In this document: positions 1 through 13,904 of the stretch, piece after piece | Position numbering within the stretch: position 1 is the first letter of the stretch | Layout: the number at the start of each line of letters is the position of its first letter | Assembly (NCBI GenBank): GCA_028534125.1 | Contig: CM052816.1 | Location: 87,360,001-87,424,000, forward strand | DNA from: Lama glama | Taxonomy: Eukaryota | Length of the DNA: 64,000 nucleotides | Direction: 5' to 3' | Program-made: the position numbers and the translations under genes | Notes under the pieces: model-generated | Databases searched by the model: none | Told to the model about the DNA's origin: nothing | Seen by the model: only the letters and a program-made list of their open reading frames with translations

Positions 1-382
1 GTGTTAGATTTTGTGTTTATATAAAGATTTTGTGTTTATATATCAAGAAAATACGATTTCAATAAAAGTACAAATCACTATAAAAATTAAAATCAGATAT
101 GTAATTCTATCCCAATAGTGAAAAAGAGATATTTTAAGAAACTTTATTACAACTAAGCTGATTCATTTGAATCCTGAAATTTGGATTTACCTAAAAGAAA
201 GCATGAAATTCCTATTTTGCATCTTTGAGTTAAAGGCAGGGCAAACCCCTTAACAATCTTCTAACACCTGACTCTTCTCTTCCTCTGGAGGCAAAAACTG
301 ACTCTAAGGTTGTATATATTTTCATTCCTGAACATGTATACAGAACAGGAAGAGAGCAGTGAGGAGTCTGACATTAAAAAGT

Positions 383-394
383 AAATAAATAAAA

Positions 395-441
<47 letters not shown>

Positions 442-443
442 AA
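383..443 (+). repeat. (AAAT)n tetranucleotide microsatellite
   Basis: Near-perfect run of taaa/aaat units read directly from the sequence. Confidence 0.97.
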
Positions 444-2064
444 TTAGATAAACTCTTCACCATCATCAAAATGCCAACTGGTTAAAACAAAAACAAATAG
501 TTCATTCAGCTACAAACCTGTAAATCTGTATAATATGTATTCTCTTTCCTTGTGTCACAGGCTCACGACTGCTAAACCGAGGGGATGAAGAGGAAAGGGG
601 ATGTCTGTTCCCACTTTTATTTCTGGGTAAACTCTAATATCGTGTCCTCCCAATTATGTTTCTTTCACTTTCTCTGAGTTTACAGTAGTCATCACTAAAC
701 TTAACAGATTTATTTAATAAGTTGGTTAGTTCTGTATCTTTCTCTATTATTATTACCTTATCCGGACTAAAATTGTTCATATGAATGAGTAAAAGCTGAA
801 CTTTTATGCCAAGACAGACAAGTTGAACGGGTCGCCTCAGGATTTGTGATTTAGGTGGCAGCTAAAGTGAATTAAACAGGATGCTATTTACCTTTTTAAA
901 AATTTAAAAAGTGAGTTAGATTTAAACACTCTGACACATGGAAAGAATAATGTTGTGTCTAAGACACTCACACACTCAAATATAAACTTTGCCCTCTAAT
1001 TTTTGTTTGTTTTTTGTGTTAGACCAGCATGAAGAATGGATGACTGAGTAGAGGGAAGTATTTATTTGATCTGACTCATTAAAGGTGGTCTGTGGAGCTT
1101 CATCTAATGCAAGAAAGAGAATCCTTCGGAATGGGTAGCATTAACCAAGGGGAACCAAGTGAATCTTTTCTTGACCTTGTGATGTCCAAAGAGGGAAGAC
1201 AGTGTACTTAAGACATAGGGAGTGCTCAGTATCTACTGGTTTTTAATTTATTTGAATTGTACCTGATTATATGATACTCATTCACTGATTATTTGTTCCA
1301 TCCTTTGACATTTCAGTTTGTATGTATTTCAACAAAAAAGTCAAGAGTTTAGCAATATTCCATTACCATCAAATGGCATGGACAGGCTAAGAATTTTCTT
1401 CTGATAATTAATTCAAAAATTGTTACCATATATTTGGATCATATTAAAAGACAAATGCAAAAACAAATTGTCTGGTAAACAACATCATGAGATATTCATC
1501 AGAAAGATAATTTCTATATATAGCTTATTTCCAAAAGATTTTTCCTGGGTTTTGGACAGAGTTTTCTGTTATCTTCTTATTCATTTTCTATATGCCAATC
1601 ACAACTACAGACACAAATGATAAGATAGTTCCTAATCCAGTGAGCAGTGAATCTCTTTGGGAGAAAGACACACTGTTGTGCCACGAATTTATGCAACAAA
1701 CAGAACAGTATGAGGACAAAGGGGAGGAGATTATGTTGTTTTCCCTCTGGCTGTTGTCACAAGAATTTCTTCAGTTTCTCAGTAAATATCTACTGAAAAT
1801 CCGCAGTACTTTTCAGGCATTTTACTAGATGTCCTGAGCAAAGAAACTTGGTATGAAATCCTCTCCTTACAGAAATGTACATAACTAGCTAGGTGAACGA
1901 GCAAGCTACAGTGGTCAGTTCTATAATGCAGTAGGCTATATAAGGTTTGGCTGGCAAAAGATAGATTAATTTTATATCTGGGTAAGGTCTCAGAGAATAC
2001 TGTTGAAGTCAAATATTGAGAGATAAGTGGTAATAAATAGAGGAAGAAAAAAGTACCTGAAATA

Positions 2065-2185
2065 GTAGCCAGAACCGACAAATACAGAAGCTGATACTGA
2101 TAATGGGGGTGCTGTTGTAACAAACACTTAACAATGTAAAAGCAGCTTTAGGACTGGATAATGAGCAGAGACTGAAGAGTTTTGA
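2065..2185 (+). mobile_element. MaLR (MLT1-type) LTR end plus start of internal sequence, fragment
   Basis: ...gacaaataca then ggggtgctgttgtaacaaacacttaacaatgtaaaagcagctttaggactggataatg resembles the MaLR-int 5' end; homologous to the reverse complement of ~28240-28345. Confidence 0.7.
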
Positions 2186-3311
2186 ATAACTTTTGAATTA
2201 TTTGAATAGTTTTTCTTTGTGCATGCATGTGCATATACATGTACAATAATGGCTTTTTTAAAATAAGCATTTTTTCAAAGACCAGAGGTAATGGGTGTGT
2301 ACCACATGTGTGTGAATATGAATTTCTGATATATACGGTAGGGAAAAAATAGAACTGTGGCTTGAGAGAAAGCAGCTTCAAGCCAATACTTGTTTCCAGC
2401 TGAGAAACCCTTTCCACCTCCCAAAATGGCATATTCTTGAGACTGTGTATGTGGTGGCTCTTCCTACTCATTACATTTCGCTTAGAATATGCTACAAGAC
2501 ACTGGGCATTTTTATACATATTCATAAGGGACATGATGTGTAATCTTCCTTCTCATTGCACTTGACATTCTATTCACCTATTCCTAATGTGGGACCAAAA
2601 AATGAGATGAATGCCCCATTCCCCATTCTGGCGGATCTCTATGGTGTTCAAAGGAGAATAAAGCAGTTATAGCAATTGGGATAGAGTAGATTAGATTCTA
2701 AAAAGGTTTTATTTACTTTCTAACTTCCTTAGCTTTTACGTTTTTGGAACACACCCCTGTGACTTCCTTACCTAACTGGAATTCCTGATATACACACAGT
2801 GAGCTTGATCGAATGGTGCCGTTTACATAAGCACGCCTTCCTTACACTCTCTCTAGTAATTGATTTGAGTTTCTTAGATCTTTGTATGTATTGCTAGTTC
2901 TTAAAAGGGCATGAGAAATTGTGGGCCTTGTAGACCCATCTCTCTTATTAGATGTCTAATTACATTATTTGAAAAGAATTTTAATAGTCAAAATATATAG
3001 TCAAGGAGTTGGTATAAAAAGATTTTTAAATGTCATATGATACAGAAATCACATTCTTTCTAACACATTTCACCTGACTCCTGACATCCAAAATGACAAG
3101 GACACTCTTTCTTGAGTTCTCCTTTGACTACATTTAAATACTCTGCAAATTGTTTTTATAGATTTCTTACTTTGTCCCTCATAATCCTGAAGCCTGTCTC
3201 TCACTCATGGCTCAATGTGTACAATTTTATGCTTATATAAAGATATTAAACACGACCAGCTAGATTTCTCCTGCATAAATATGGTAGCTTACTGCTACCC
3301 TCATCCCAGCA

Positions 3312-4314
3312 ATTTTAGGCTGAATTGTTTCCCCCCCAAATTCATGTGTTGAATCCCTAAGTCCAGTACCTCAGAAGGTGACTACAACTGGAGATAAAGA
3401 CTTCAAAGAGTTGATTGAGTTAAAACGAGACAAGTTGGGCCCCTATTGAAGGAGTCAAAATGGCTTCCCTGTTGCTAAGGCGTTCAAAGAATATACTAGG
3501 GTTGATTAGCTTGTTTGCTTCAAATTCCTTCTACCTGACTATCCTGTTTTCCCTCTGCTACTACTATTGTTTGATTTGCCTGATTGATTACATGCTTAGC
3601 AACCCCAACCCTGTGATTTATGCCTCACCCAAAATAATTTGCACCTCAAACCAGAAGCTATGTTCCAGGAAGAAGGTCACATGGTGATAACCTTAGGAAA
3701 ATGACCAGATCTTCCAGAAGCCCCCAGATGCCAAATGGATTAGATTAGGATAGGAGAGGTCGAGGGCAGATGACCCTTGGGTGGACCACCTGAAGTTCTC
3801 AAGACACCTGATGAACTCTTGTAAAGAACAATGCTGACTGATAATCACTGCTGCATCCCGTTCTGTTTACCCATATGATCACCGAGCCCCAACCCCAAGA
3901 TGGATTCGCAGTTTCTAAGGAGTAGCCTGCCATGACTCCCTTTTGCCGGGCGAAGCAATAAAGACGGTCTTTTCTTTGCTCCCAAACTCTGCTTCCGAGT
4001 TTGAATTTGCCTTTTTGGGTGCAGAGGCCGATTTTTCAGTAACACTAATACAAACTGACAGGTGTTCTTATAAGGAGAAGAATTCAATACATGGAGAGAC
4101 ACTAGTGAGGCTGGTGCACAGCAGAAAGAGCACCTGAGGACCCAGTGAAAAGCCAGACACCTGCAGGCAAGGAAAGAGGCGTCAAGTGAAACCAAACGCG
4201 CGAATCCCTTGATGTCTGACGTCTAGTCTCCACAACTGTCCGAAAACAAAGTTCCTTTGTTTAAGCCACCCAGTCTGTGGTACTGTGTTTTGGCAGTCCT
4301 AGCAAACTAGTACA
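3312..4314 (+). mobile_element. MLT1A/B-like MaLR solo LTR, split by a nested LTR at 3447-4044
   Basis: 5' part ggctgaattg..ccccccaaattcatgtgttgaa..gggcccct; 3' part ..ttaagccacccagtctgtggtac..gcagtcctagcaaactagtaca. Confidence 0.88.
3447..4044 (+). mobile_element. ERV (probably ERV1-class) solo LTR, 598 bp
   Basis: TG...CA termini (tgaaggag...cagtaaca), AATAAA at 3957-3962, 4-bp TSD ctat/ctaa with one mismatch; interrupts an MLT1. Confidence 0.85.
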
Positions 4315-6451
4315 TTCACCACTGAGACACTCACTGGTTTTGATCCCCTCAGGGTCCTGTGAATAAATACGTCCAGGCCAACCTGGGCAGCTCAGAATTG
4401 CCTGGCTACCAGAGATAGTCCTAAAATAATGAGAGGGTACTTGGAAAGGAAAGGATGCCAAACACAATCTTCCTCATTTGTCTAAGAAACAGGTGTTTCT
4501 TAAGAAAACAGAAAATGAGCTTAGTTACTTATTGTACCTTTACCTTAGTTTCTGTAATAGAAGGTTTCACTTGCATTTTTTGTATTGACTCTAAGTAAAG
4601 TCCCATATCTCATTAGGAGTTCATTTAGAACATTGCATAATGATCAAATTTTTATTTTAAGCTACATTTCACATGATTTATTTTTCTTTCCCTAGTACAG
4701 CTTTTTGCTTCAATCACAATGTAAGCTGGGTTTGTTTTTAATTTTGAACTTAAAAAATGAAGCAATGGGAAAAAAAAGACAATATTCATGATCACTGAGA
4801 TATTTTCTTTTGCTAAAAATGTACCTTGATGCTCCAGCCAAATAAGTTGTCCTGCAAGTGTTGAGGACTGAACACAATTCTATTATGATGGTAACTGAAT
4901 ACTATGGAAAAGCTTCCTGCATTCAGCAACAGCTCTGCAGGAGGTATAGCTAAATTATTTGACAGTTTATGAGAGCAGAAAAGAAAACTTACTACTAATA
5001 ATCGGCAGGTTTTAGCACACATACACACACATTGTAAACAGCAGAATGCAGCCAAATATAAATTAACAAAGAATAAGTGAAAAGCACTGTTCTGCTTTCA
5101 TATATTTGTTCTGCATTTCCTTGGATCCACTGTTGGCTTGTTTCTGAGCTAAAAATCACTCTTTTCCTGATAATTTTTTTGAAATGTCTCCCACTGTTTT
5201 TGAGAGTAAATTATTTCCTGTAGCCTACAGCTATTTTCAGTACCTGAAGAATTAATAATGGCGTTGGCATAGGTCAGCCTGAGTTTTACTAGCAGTAAGG
5301 CACAAAGTACCTTTGCTTTTCAAGTGTTTAGTGCTTGTATGTCTGATTCTATTTTCTTATTTTTTGCTAATAATATTGATATAAAGAATTATGTCTGTTA
5401 AAGAGACAATACAGATTATGTATCAATTTAGTTCAAGTAAAAGGACATTTATTGAGTACCAATTAAATGCCTGGAATTTTACTAGGAGCTAAAATTACAA
5501 AAATAAATAGAGATATGCTCTTGCATCTAAAGACTCAGCTAAAAAGGATACCTAAAATATATTAATGCAATACTTAACTATTCAGAAAAGTTTTTGAGAA
5601 GGGCAGAACTCATTTTTTCTTTGCTTACTATATATTTCTTCAGAAAGTTATAAATCCCATGTAAATCAACTTGAGCATATGAATTTTAAAATATGTAAAG
5701 ATAAATCACTATTTTCAAGTTTCAAATTAGCTGCAAATATCTTAAAATGTAACCTACTAATCAAAAGCATGAAAATAATCCTTTACAGTCTGCTATACAC
5801 TCCCTGTATCTCTTAGAACATAGAATTCAATAAACATTTAGATTAATTAGCTCCCTGTGGCCATTTTCAGGAAATGTATTAGCCTTCTTTGAGTCACTAA
5901 GAGTACTCAGAATAAATAGAAACAAATCTCAAAGTCCATTAGTTTAAACTCCCATTCACCATGAGTCTCTTCTAAATTTTCCACCAAATTGTCATCTAGC
6001 CTATGCTTGAGAATCTCTCACATCAGGAACTTTTCACTTTATGAAGCAGATCATTAAATTAATGAACAACTTTAACATTGGAAAAATTCTCCTTAATGGA
6101 GCTGAACACTGCCTCCATTTCTGACTCCTGTTCCCAGTGCTGCCTTGAAGTAAGCAATTTTTTCTTACAAATACCAGGCCTTTCGTATTTAGATCTGTAT
6201 CCCCCTATTTTGCCTCCTCTAATTCAGGTTAGACATTCCATTTGTCTTTTTTTTTTTTTCTTTTTAATCATTCCATACTCCTTCCTTGTCCGGATGCAGT
6301 CTAGTTTGTCCATGCCTGGCACGCAGAAGGTACGATTATATACCAGTAGCAATAAGGTTTACTGAGAATATTTTAGAAGCAGAGAAACATTAGAGAGGCC
6401 ACAACCACTCAGCTTTCAGGGACCCATGAAAAGGAGAGCTTGGGTCAAACA

Positions 6452-6831
6452 CAATATGGACCTGGAGATGGTCATACTAAGTGAAGTAAGTCAGGAAGAG
6501 AAAGAAAAATATCATATGCTATCATTTATACATAAAATCTAAAAAAAACCATTATTGACAAAACAGAGACAGACAGACATAGAAAACAAACTTATGGTTT
6601 CCAGGGGAGGAATAAATTGGGAGTTTGGGATTTGTAGATACCTACTACTATATATAAGACAGATAAACAACAAGGTCCTACTGTACAGCACAGGGAACTA
6701 TACTCAATATCTTGTAGTGGCCTATAATGAAAAAGAATATGAAAAGGAAAATATATATATGTATAAAGGAATACTGTACACCAGAAACCAACACAACATT
6801 GTAAATCGACTATACTTCAATTAAAAAAAAA
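6452..6831 (+). mobile_element. 5'-truncated LINE-1 3' end (cetartiodactyl type)
   Basis: atggacctggagatggtcatactaagtgaagtaagtcag...aacaaggtcctactgtacagcacagggaactata...tatacttcaattaaaaaaaaa. Confidence 0.93.
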
Positions 6832-7520
6832 CATAATGGAAAGTACTTTAGCATAGAACATTTTTATGTGGTAATTGAGATGAGTTCAGAGAATCACCAG
6901 TCAACTCGGCCAAAAAATGGATGTCTTCTAATCAAAAGGGTTCCTTTTTCAATTGGAGGCTTGCCTAAGGAGCTTAAAGTTCCAGTATTGCTGGAATCAG
7001 CTGAGAGACTTTGCCACCTTCTATGGGGCTGGCTCAGTCTTACAAACAGTCTTCCACCAAGTGGCATCCAGCCTCGGGGCCATGTAAGAGGCCAGTGGCT
7101 AGCTGTCCTTGGTTCCCTAGACTTGAACAAGTGTTACAAACTGAATCCAAATAAGGGGCTGTGTTTCCCCTGGTCTGGAGATCTTTTTTGCCACTGATCT
7201 TATGTTGACTAATTTTTAGACTCTCTGTCCTGCATTCTCAAATTGAACTTTTGAACACAAAAAGAACTCTTAACTTTATAGCCCTTTCACTTTACATAAA
7301 TAATTTCAGCATAACTACGATTATTTAAAGTTAAAATGCTTTGTAAGCATTTCAGAAATTCACCAATGTATCTTAGTGTCTTCCTGCTTAGTACGAATTT
7401 TGTGGAGTTTTACCCTTTCTCTATTTCCTTCTACCAGATTTTATTGGGAACCTACTATTTCCCTGGCATTGAAAGATATTGTAGCCCTTGACCTACAGAA
7501 GAGCTTACATGTGTACATAT

Positions 7521-7890
7521 TGTTATGAACTAAATTATGTGCCCTCCCCGATTCACATGCTGAAGGCTTAACCTCCAATGTGACTATGTTTGGAGGTAGG
7601 TCCTTTTAGCAGATGACTACCATTGAATGAGGTCGTAAGGGTGGGGCCCTAATCCAGTAAGACTGGTGTCCTTTTAAGAAGAGACGACACATCAGAGCTC
7701 CCTCTCCCTGCCTCCCCTCCACTCGCCAAGGGTGCACAGAAAAGGCCATGTGAAGACACAGTGAAAAAGAGACCATCTGCAAGCCAGGAAGAGATGGATT
7801 CCCAGCCTTCATGACTGTGACAAAATAAGTCTATCACTTAAGCCACCCAGTCAGCAGTATTCTGTTATATCAGCCTGAACAGACTAAAGT
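7521..7890 (+). mobile_element. MLT1A-like MaLR solo LTR
   Basis: tgttatgaactaaatt...gggtggggccctaatccagtaagactggtgtcctt...ttaagccacccagtc...cagcctgaacagactaa. Confidence 0.88.
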
Positions 7891-8849
7891 ATCTACCAAC
7901 ACACAAGTAGTATTTATTATGGATATTCTTGAAGAGCTTACCTTATAAGGTGCTAAAAAAATCCAGACGAGGAACAAAAATTTAGGGTTAATATTGCATG
8001 CCTCTAAAAATAAGCACATTCTCCTAAGTACAAAAAAGAATGCATCAAGCTTAGCAAACCAATCACATTTCACTGACACTTCAAGTACACATCGCAGAAA
8101 GACCTCAGAACTAGATAATACTCCTTGTGTTGCTCAGATACTACATTTGCTTCACTGGAAAGAGGATTATAGGATTTAAATAAAGCCCAGAATTAGCAAT
8201 ACCAGAATGATGGGCATTATTCAATGTTGGAAATACACTTAAACAATTTCTTTTGGTATAGACAGCAGGGATATTAAATGTGAAACGCTCTCTGTCTCAC
8301 CACATTCAGCTAAAGTCACTGAAGTTTCTCCCTGCAGTAAGCTTAGTCACCCAGTTCCTCCACAGGTACTGGCCTGGACTTACATCATACTTAAAGCCTT
8401 AGATTATATTAACTCCTTTAAACCAAAGATCCAGGCTTCAGTGTGCCTGAGGCCATGAAGCCTGGATGTAGTTCACCATGAACCTTTGTCCCAGGAATGG
8501 AAAAAAAAAAACAGAGAGAGAGAGAGAGAAGTTCCCTCAAGCTTATCAGCTCCTACTTGATCTTTTTCTTTCTGAACCTGAAGCGTAGTTCTTATTCTCC
8601 AGTTCCTCAAACCCTGCTACACACTTACCTCCCTCCGCCTTAGGAATAGGAACGTGTCCATATGTTCTCAGGGTGCTAACTAAGAGCTTTAAGGTAACTG
8701 GCTTGATTTCCTGGAAACGTAAATACGTTGATTAGCTAACAAGTATTTCATGAACTGTCATTTTGTACTGTGCATTTGGCCCGTTCTTTATTTAAAAAAG
8801 GAAAACTTCTGGTTTTGATCTTATTGTTTCATATACAATGGCCCAATAG

Positions 8850-10086
8850 TCTTCTCAAGCATCATGGAAAATGCTCCGGTATAGGTAATAAAACAAGCCT
8901 CAATAAAGCCATACAAAGCAAATTCTCTGACCACAATGGAATGAGTAGTCTTTTCAGTCAGTGGTGCTGGCACATCTGGATATCTGCTGGTAAAAGAATA
9001 CTGACAAACTCCAATCTAACACCGTGCACAAAAATTAAGTCAAAATGGACAAAGACCTCAAAATGAATCACAAAATTATAAAACACTTGGAAGAAAACAT
9101 AGGAATAACTTTTTATGACTTGGCATTAGGCAAAGCCTTATTAGCTGTGACAGCAAAATTACCTGCAAAATAAGAAAAAAAGAAAGATAAATCCTGTCAG
9201 AAATTAAAAGCCTTGTACTTAAAATAACACCATCAAGAAAGTCAAAGGACAACTCACAGAATGGGAAGAACATTTCTCCAAAGTTTATGTACAAACAGCC
9301 AATAAGCACGTGGAAAATTGCTCAACATCACTAACCATCAAGAAAACACAAACCAAATCTCTATGCAGTATCATTTCACACCCACTAAGATAGCTATAAT
9401 CAAGAAGAAAGACAACCAGTGAGGGTGAGTGTGGAGAAATTGTAACCTTCGTATACCACTAATGGGAATGTAAAATTATGTAGCTGCTTTGTAACACAGT
9501 GTGGCAGTTCCTCAGAATATTCTTAATAAAAGTTACCGTATGACCCAGGAATACTCAAGGGAAATGAAAACATTTGTCAACACAAAGTTATGTACGCAAG
9601 TGGTCATAGTAGCATTATTCATACTAATCAAAAAGTGAAAATAATTGGAATTTCCATCAACCGATGAATGGATAATTAAAATGTAGTACATTCTTACAAT
9701 GGAATATTATTAAGCATTACAAGGGAATGAAGTACTTATACATGACTGAACCTTAAAAACATTATGCTAAGTGATAGAAGCTGGTTACAAAAGGCACCAT
9801 ATTACATGATTCTGTTTACATGATATGTCCAGAATAGGCAAATCTACAAAGACAAAAAGTAGATTGGCGGTTGCTGGTTGCCAAGGTGTTGAGAGGCTCA
9901 GTAAAAAGTGGGTAATGACTACTAACCGACATGGGGATATTCTAGGGATGATGAAAATATTCCAGAACTGATTGTGGTGATGGTTGCAGAACTCTGCAAG
10001 TATATTTAAAAACATTGAATTGTACAGTTTATATGGGTCAATTGTATATATGTAATGTGTATATCTCAATAAAAATATTTTAAAAA
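8850..10086 (+). mobile_element. Old LINE-1 (L1MB-like): ORF2 fragments plus 3' UTR
   Basis: Endonuclease-region text at 8850-8940, ORF2 C-terminal region from ~8943, L1MB-type 3' UTR ending atctcaataaaa. Confidence 0.9.
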
Positions 10087-10610
10087 ATGACAGAGGTAAG
10101 TTTGGTTTATCATATAATAAATAATATTTATGCTTTTTATTGATTCAATAAAATACATGGTTCAAACACAAGTAAGAAAGTATTAATAAGCAGAGTTACC
10201 AAAAATAATGGGCCTATTAATAATTCAATCTTCAAATTGATAGAAGCAAGTAATGACAATCATTATCAGAACAGTAGCAGGTGAGTCATTTTGATTTCCA
10301 GCAACTGAAGATAGCTATTTATGTGGTTTTGGAAATAATGACTTTGTAGGTTTGATAATGAAGAGCAAAACTTTCATTACATATTTTTACATGTTTGATT
10401 TTTGATATATTGCTGTAATAATGATTGACTATGTGGTACTATTAGAAGTAATTCAATTCTTGAAGCCTAGTTTCCTAATGTTCAGAACATACATGACTTA
10501 CTGCATGTATGGGTATGATACTGGCATTATTTTAAAACCAGTAATGCTTTAGAATAGATTTCCTGAAATATTTATTTGACTGCACTACAGAGAAGATTTA
10601 ACATAGCTGG

Positions 10611-11141
10611 TGTGACTGCTTTTTTATTGATGGACTTGCTTTCAAAGTTGATCCTTGGCTGGCTTCTGGGGACTTGGATTTCTGAGGGTTCTCACCATTC
10701 CCAGAACATATAAGAGTGGTTCACTACTGCTAAAGTATTTATACCAACATTGTGGATTATACTGAACATTCGTTTTCCTTGTGGGAATCTGGAATATCGG
10801 TACATGCCAAACAGCGGGTGCCTATGTCACCAACACCCAATCAAAACCCTAGCCCCTGAACCTTAATGCTCCTTCTTCATATACAACGTTTTATAAGTGG
10901 TGTCACTACTCCTTGCTGGGCAAGTGAAGTGTGTCCAGTGTGACTCCACTGGGAGATGATCTTTGGAAGCTTATGACTGATTTCTTTTGCACGTCTCCCC
11001 ATGGACCCTTCCCCTTTGCTCATTTTACTTTTTATCCTTTCACTGAAATAAATCAGGGCCATGAGCACAATCTGCTGAGCACTGTGAGTCCTCTTAACTA
11101 GTCATCAAACCTGTAGGTGGTCTTCCTGAACCCTCAGTACA
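10611..11141 (+). mobile_element. MER68-like ERVL solo LTR
   Basis: cttggatttctgagggttctcaccattccc..taagagtggttcact..gggtgcctatgtcacc..aataaa..gtgagtcct..aaacctg..ggtggtctt. Confidence 0.8.
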
Positions 11142-12871
11142 ACTATATAGCAACTATGCCACGTTGTAGGATTTCATTTAAATTTATTGTATTTGGTCCT
11201 TCTATTTGTTCTGAGTTTTAATGATATTTTTGCTTAGTCTGAATATACTGCATAGAAATACCATAAAAATCTTTTTACTGGGGACTATTTTTGAATTACC
11301 AATATTTATTGATGCACAATTCTTGTATTTTCTGATACCACAAATATGGTTAGGGCTTATTTACTCGTACATATGTCATATTTGTTGCTAGTTATATACT
11401 GGCCGTTTACTGATCTGATATTTACTTTTAGGGTTGAACTGTATATTTTTGCAGGGGTAGTAGATTATGGCTGTATATTAAGAACTTATCATTGCAGACT
11501 AGAGCCTGGCTTATGATGCATTATATTCACCTTAAAAAGTTTCCCCTAGGAAAAAAAACAACACTGAATTGTATTAATTTCCCCCCAAAATATCCTTGAA
11601 AAATAGAGAAACACCATAGTGCACTTGTTTATGTTATGCACAAGATAACAGGGCACACTATTTCATTCTTCTTTTTCTTCCTTTGTATTTGCATAGTTTC
11701 TAGCACTTTAGTTTATTACATTAGTTAATTAAAACTTGGAAGAAAGGGGATATTGATGGTGTCTTCTCTGTACTCTTTCATCTCAGGTCACAACTTTTTT
11801 TTCTGTTTTTTCGTTTTTTTTAATCTCACTACTTAGTATGACCAAAAGGAAGACGACTTAGCCAGACCCAAACTGAGTTAACAGATGCTGCTCCTTGTAG
11901 CAGAAGGTATGGGTGAAAATTCACCCAGGAAACGTTATCAGGATTGCCTGTTAGTGATAATAAGCTCAAAAACTAGCCTGGGCATTTTGGTCTCCCAGAA
12001 AGTTTTCTCTTTATTATTAGGAAATGCTCTGTGAATAAGCACTAGAAAAAAAATAACTAGGGCTAAGTGTTACAATACAAATTAGATGTGGACAGTGCCT
12101 AGAGCATTAGACTCCCCAAGGCGGTCCTCTGCTTCAACATTCTCTTCTATCCATCACTTAGTGGAAACTGAAGAGGATAGAGTTAACATTTGATTTATTA
12201 ATATCTTGAGGTTCCTTGAAATTATATGATAATATTCTAATATTGGTTACCTATTTCTGATTGTCTTCTATTCTTTAACTGTGGAGCTCTATCTGTGGAG
12301 CTTATATTTTTAAGGAAAAGAATCTTGGCACTGGAATGATTTAGAGACTAGGAATGGTTACATGGGATGAAAAGATGGTATAAACATAAACTTTGTGTTC
12401 AACACTTATCTCCAATTGATGAATCATTTAGTCATAAGTCTTCTTGTATATATGTCCACAATCACATATTCAGTGCAACAGACCCTGCATTATTCTCTAG
12501 TATAAATTAAGAAAAATTAGTTATAGCATTCTGGAACCTTCCTTGGTCAATTTGAATTGCTTTTGTTGAAAGCAAATTGTGAAAATAAAATTCATGCCAA
12601 TGAATAAATGAATTTCAGTAAATAAAATTAATTTGTAAAATGCACAAAATGTACATTGAATATAAAATTAACAGCTTTATTGTATATAATAAGCACTAAA
12701 AGTTGCCAACTTTAAATCCAATCTTACCTCGTTTTAATTTCCTATAGTAATTATATTACTGATGCACTGTTATAACATTTTTTAAACAGAAATTATACTT
12801 CTGCATATTATGAGTAAACATTTTGACACAGGCAGCTACTAGCTAAATATTGCTTATTCTCTATTTATATA

Positions 12872-13687
12872 GGCAGTATTGTAATTTGGAAGAAATATAT
12901 ATATTTGATCATCCAGAGAAAAGAAATATGAGAAATATATATTTCTCATTTATATTTGACCTTCTTCCATGGTTCCTGGCTTACAGTTCCTGAATTTCCT
13001 CAGTATAGAGAGGGATAAGGTATCTTTTGTTATGTTAATGAGGTGATCTTTGGAAAGCACCTAAGGCTGGTTGCCAGTTGCCAGGGCAGCCAATTCTGTG
13101 ATCATAGGGTTGAAACCTTCAGTCCTACACCCTGAATTCTGGAGAGGGGAGCAGAGTTTGAATCAATCACCAACAAGCAATGATTTAATCAATCATGCCT
13201 ATGTGATGAAGCCTCCATAAAACCTCAAAAGGACAGAGTTTAAAGAGCTTCCAGGTTGGTGAACACATGGAGGTTTGGGGAGAGTGGATGCCTGGAAGCT
13301 CTGCTTTTTCCCCATACCTTGCCCTTTACTAATAATTCTTGTTTATATTACACTTTTTATCTCTTTTTTAAAAATTCATATTTTTCCAGGTGACTAAGAA
13401 CTGAGGTAACTCTTATTCCCCTCCTCTTGGTAACATTGGGAACTTCTGACTTACACCCAGGTGGTCAGAAGCACAGGTGACAATCTGGGTTTGTGACTGG
13501 TGGCTGAAATCACGTAGGATTAAATTCTTAATCTGTGAAATCTGATGCTATTTCCAGGGAGACAATGTCAGAATTGAGTGGAATTCTGGCACACATTGCT
13601 GATGTCCAATAATTGTTTGGTGTCCAATAATTGGAAATCCAACCTCCCCCCCGCCATACACACACATTGGGATTGGATCCCAGAACA
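12872..13687 (+). mobile_element. MER21-like LTR
   Basis: aagaaatatatatatttg..ggttcctggcttacag..cttttgttatgttaatgagg..aatgatttaatcaatcatgcctatgtgatgaagcctccataaaa..gtcagaattgag. Confidence 0.85.
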
Positions 13688-13904
13688 TAAAAGAATATGA
13701 TATAAAATTGTCACAGTCTCACTAAAGATCACTATTGTTTTTAATCCTCAGATAACCATGGTTATATAAAGCTAATTTTGTGTCAGTGTGTAACCAAGGT
13801 CTTTAAGAGTTAGGAATACTTAAAATAGCAAGGAAATTTTGAAAATCCATTTAACGAGTTTAAATTATTAAGGCATTATTTTTGTCACTTTTAAAAAACC
13901 TAGA

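Noticed and set aside
6..42. 18-bp duplication AGATTTTGTGTTTATATA; similar short duplications at 13603-13633, 34061-34092 and 38698-38735
   Set aside because: Real, but ordinary two-copy slippage events with unrelated units; not a spaced repeat array.
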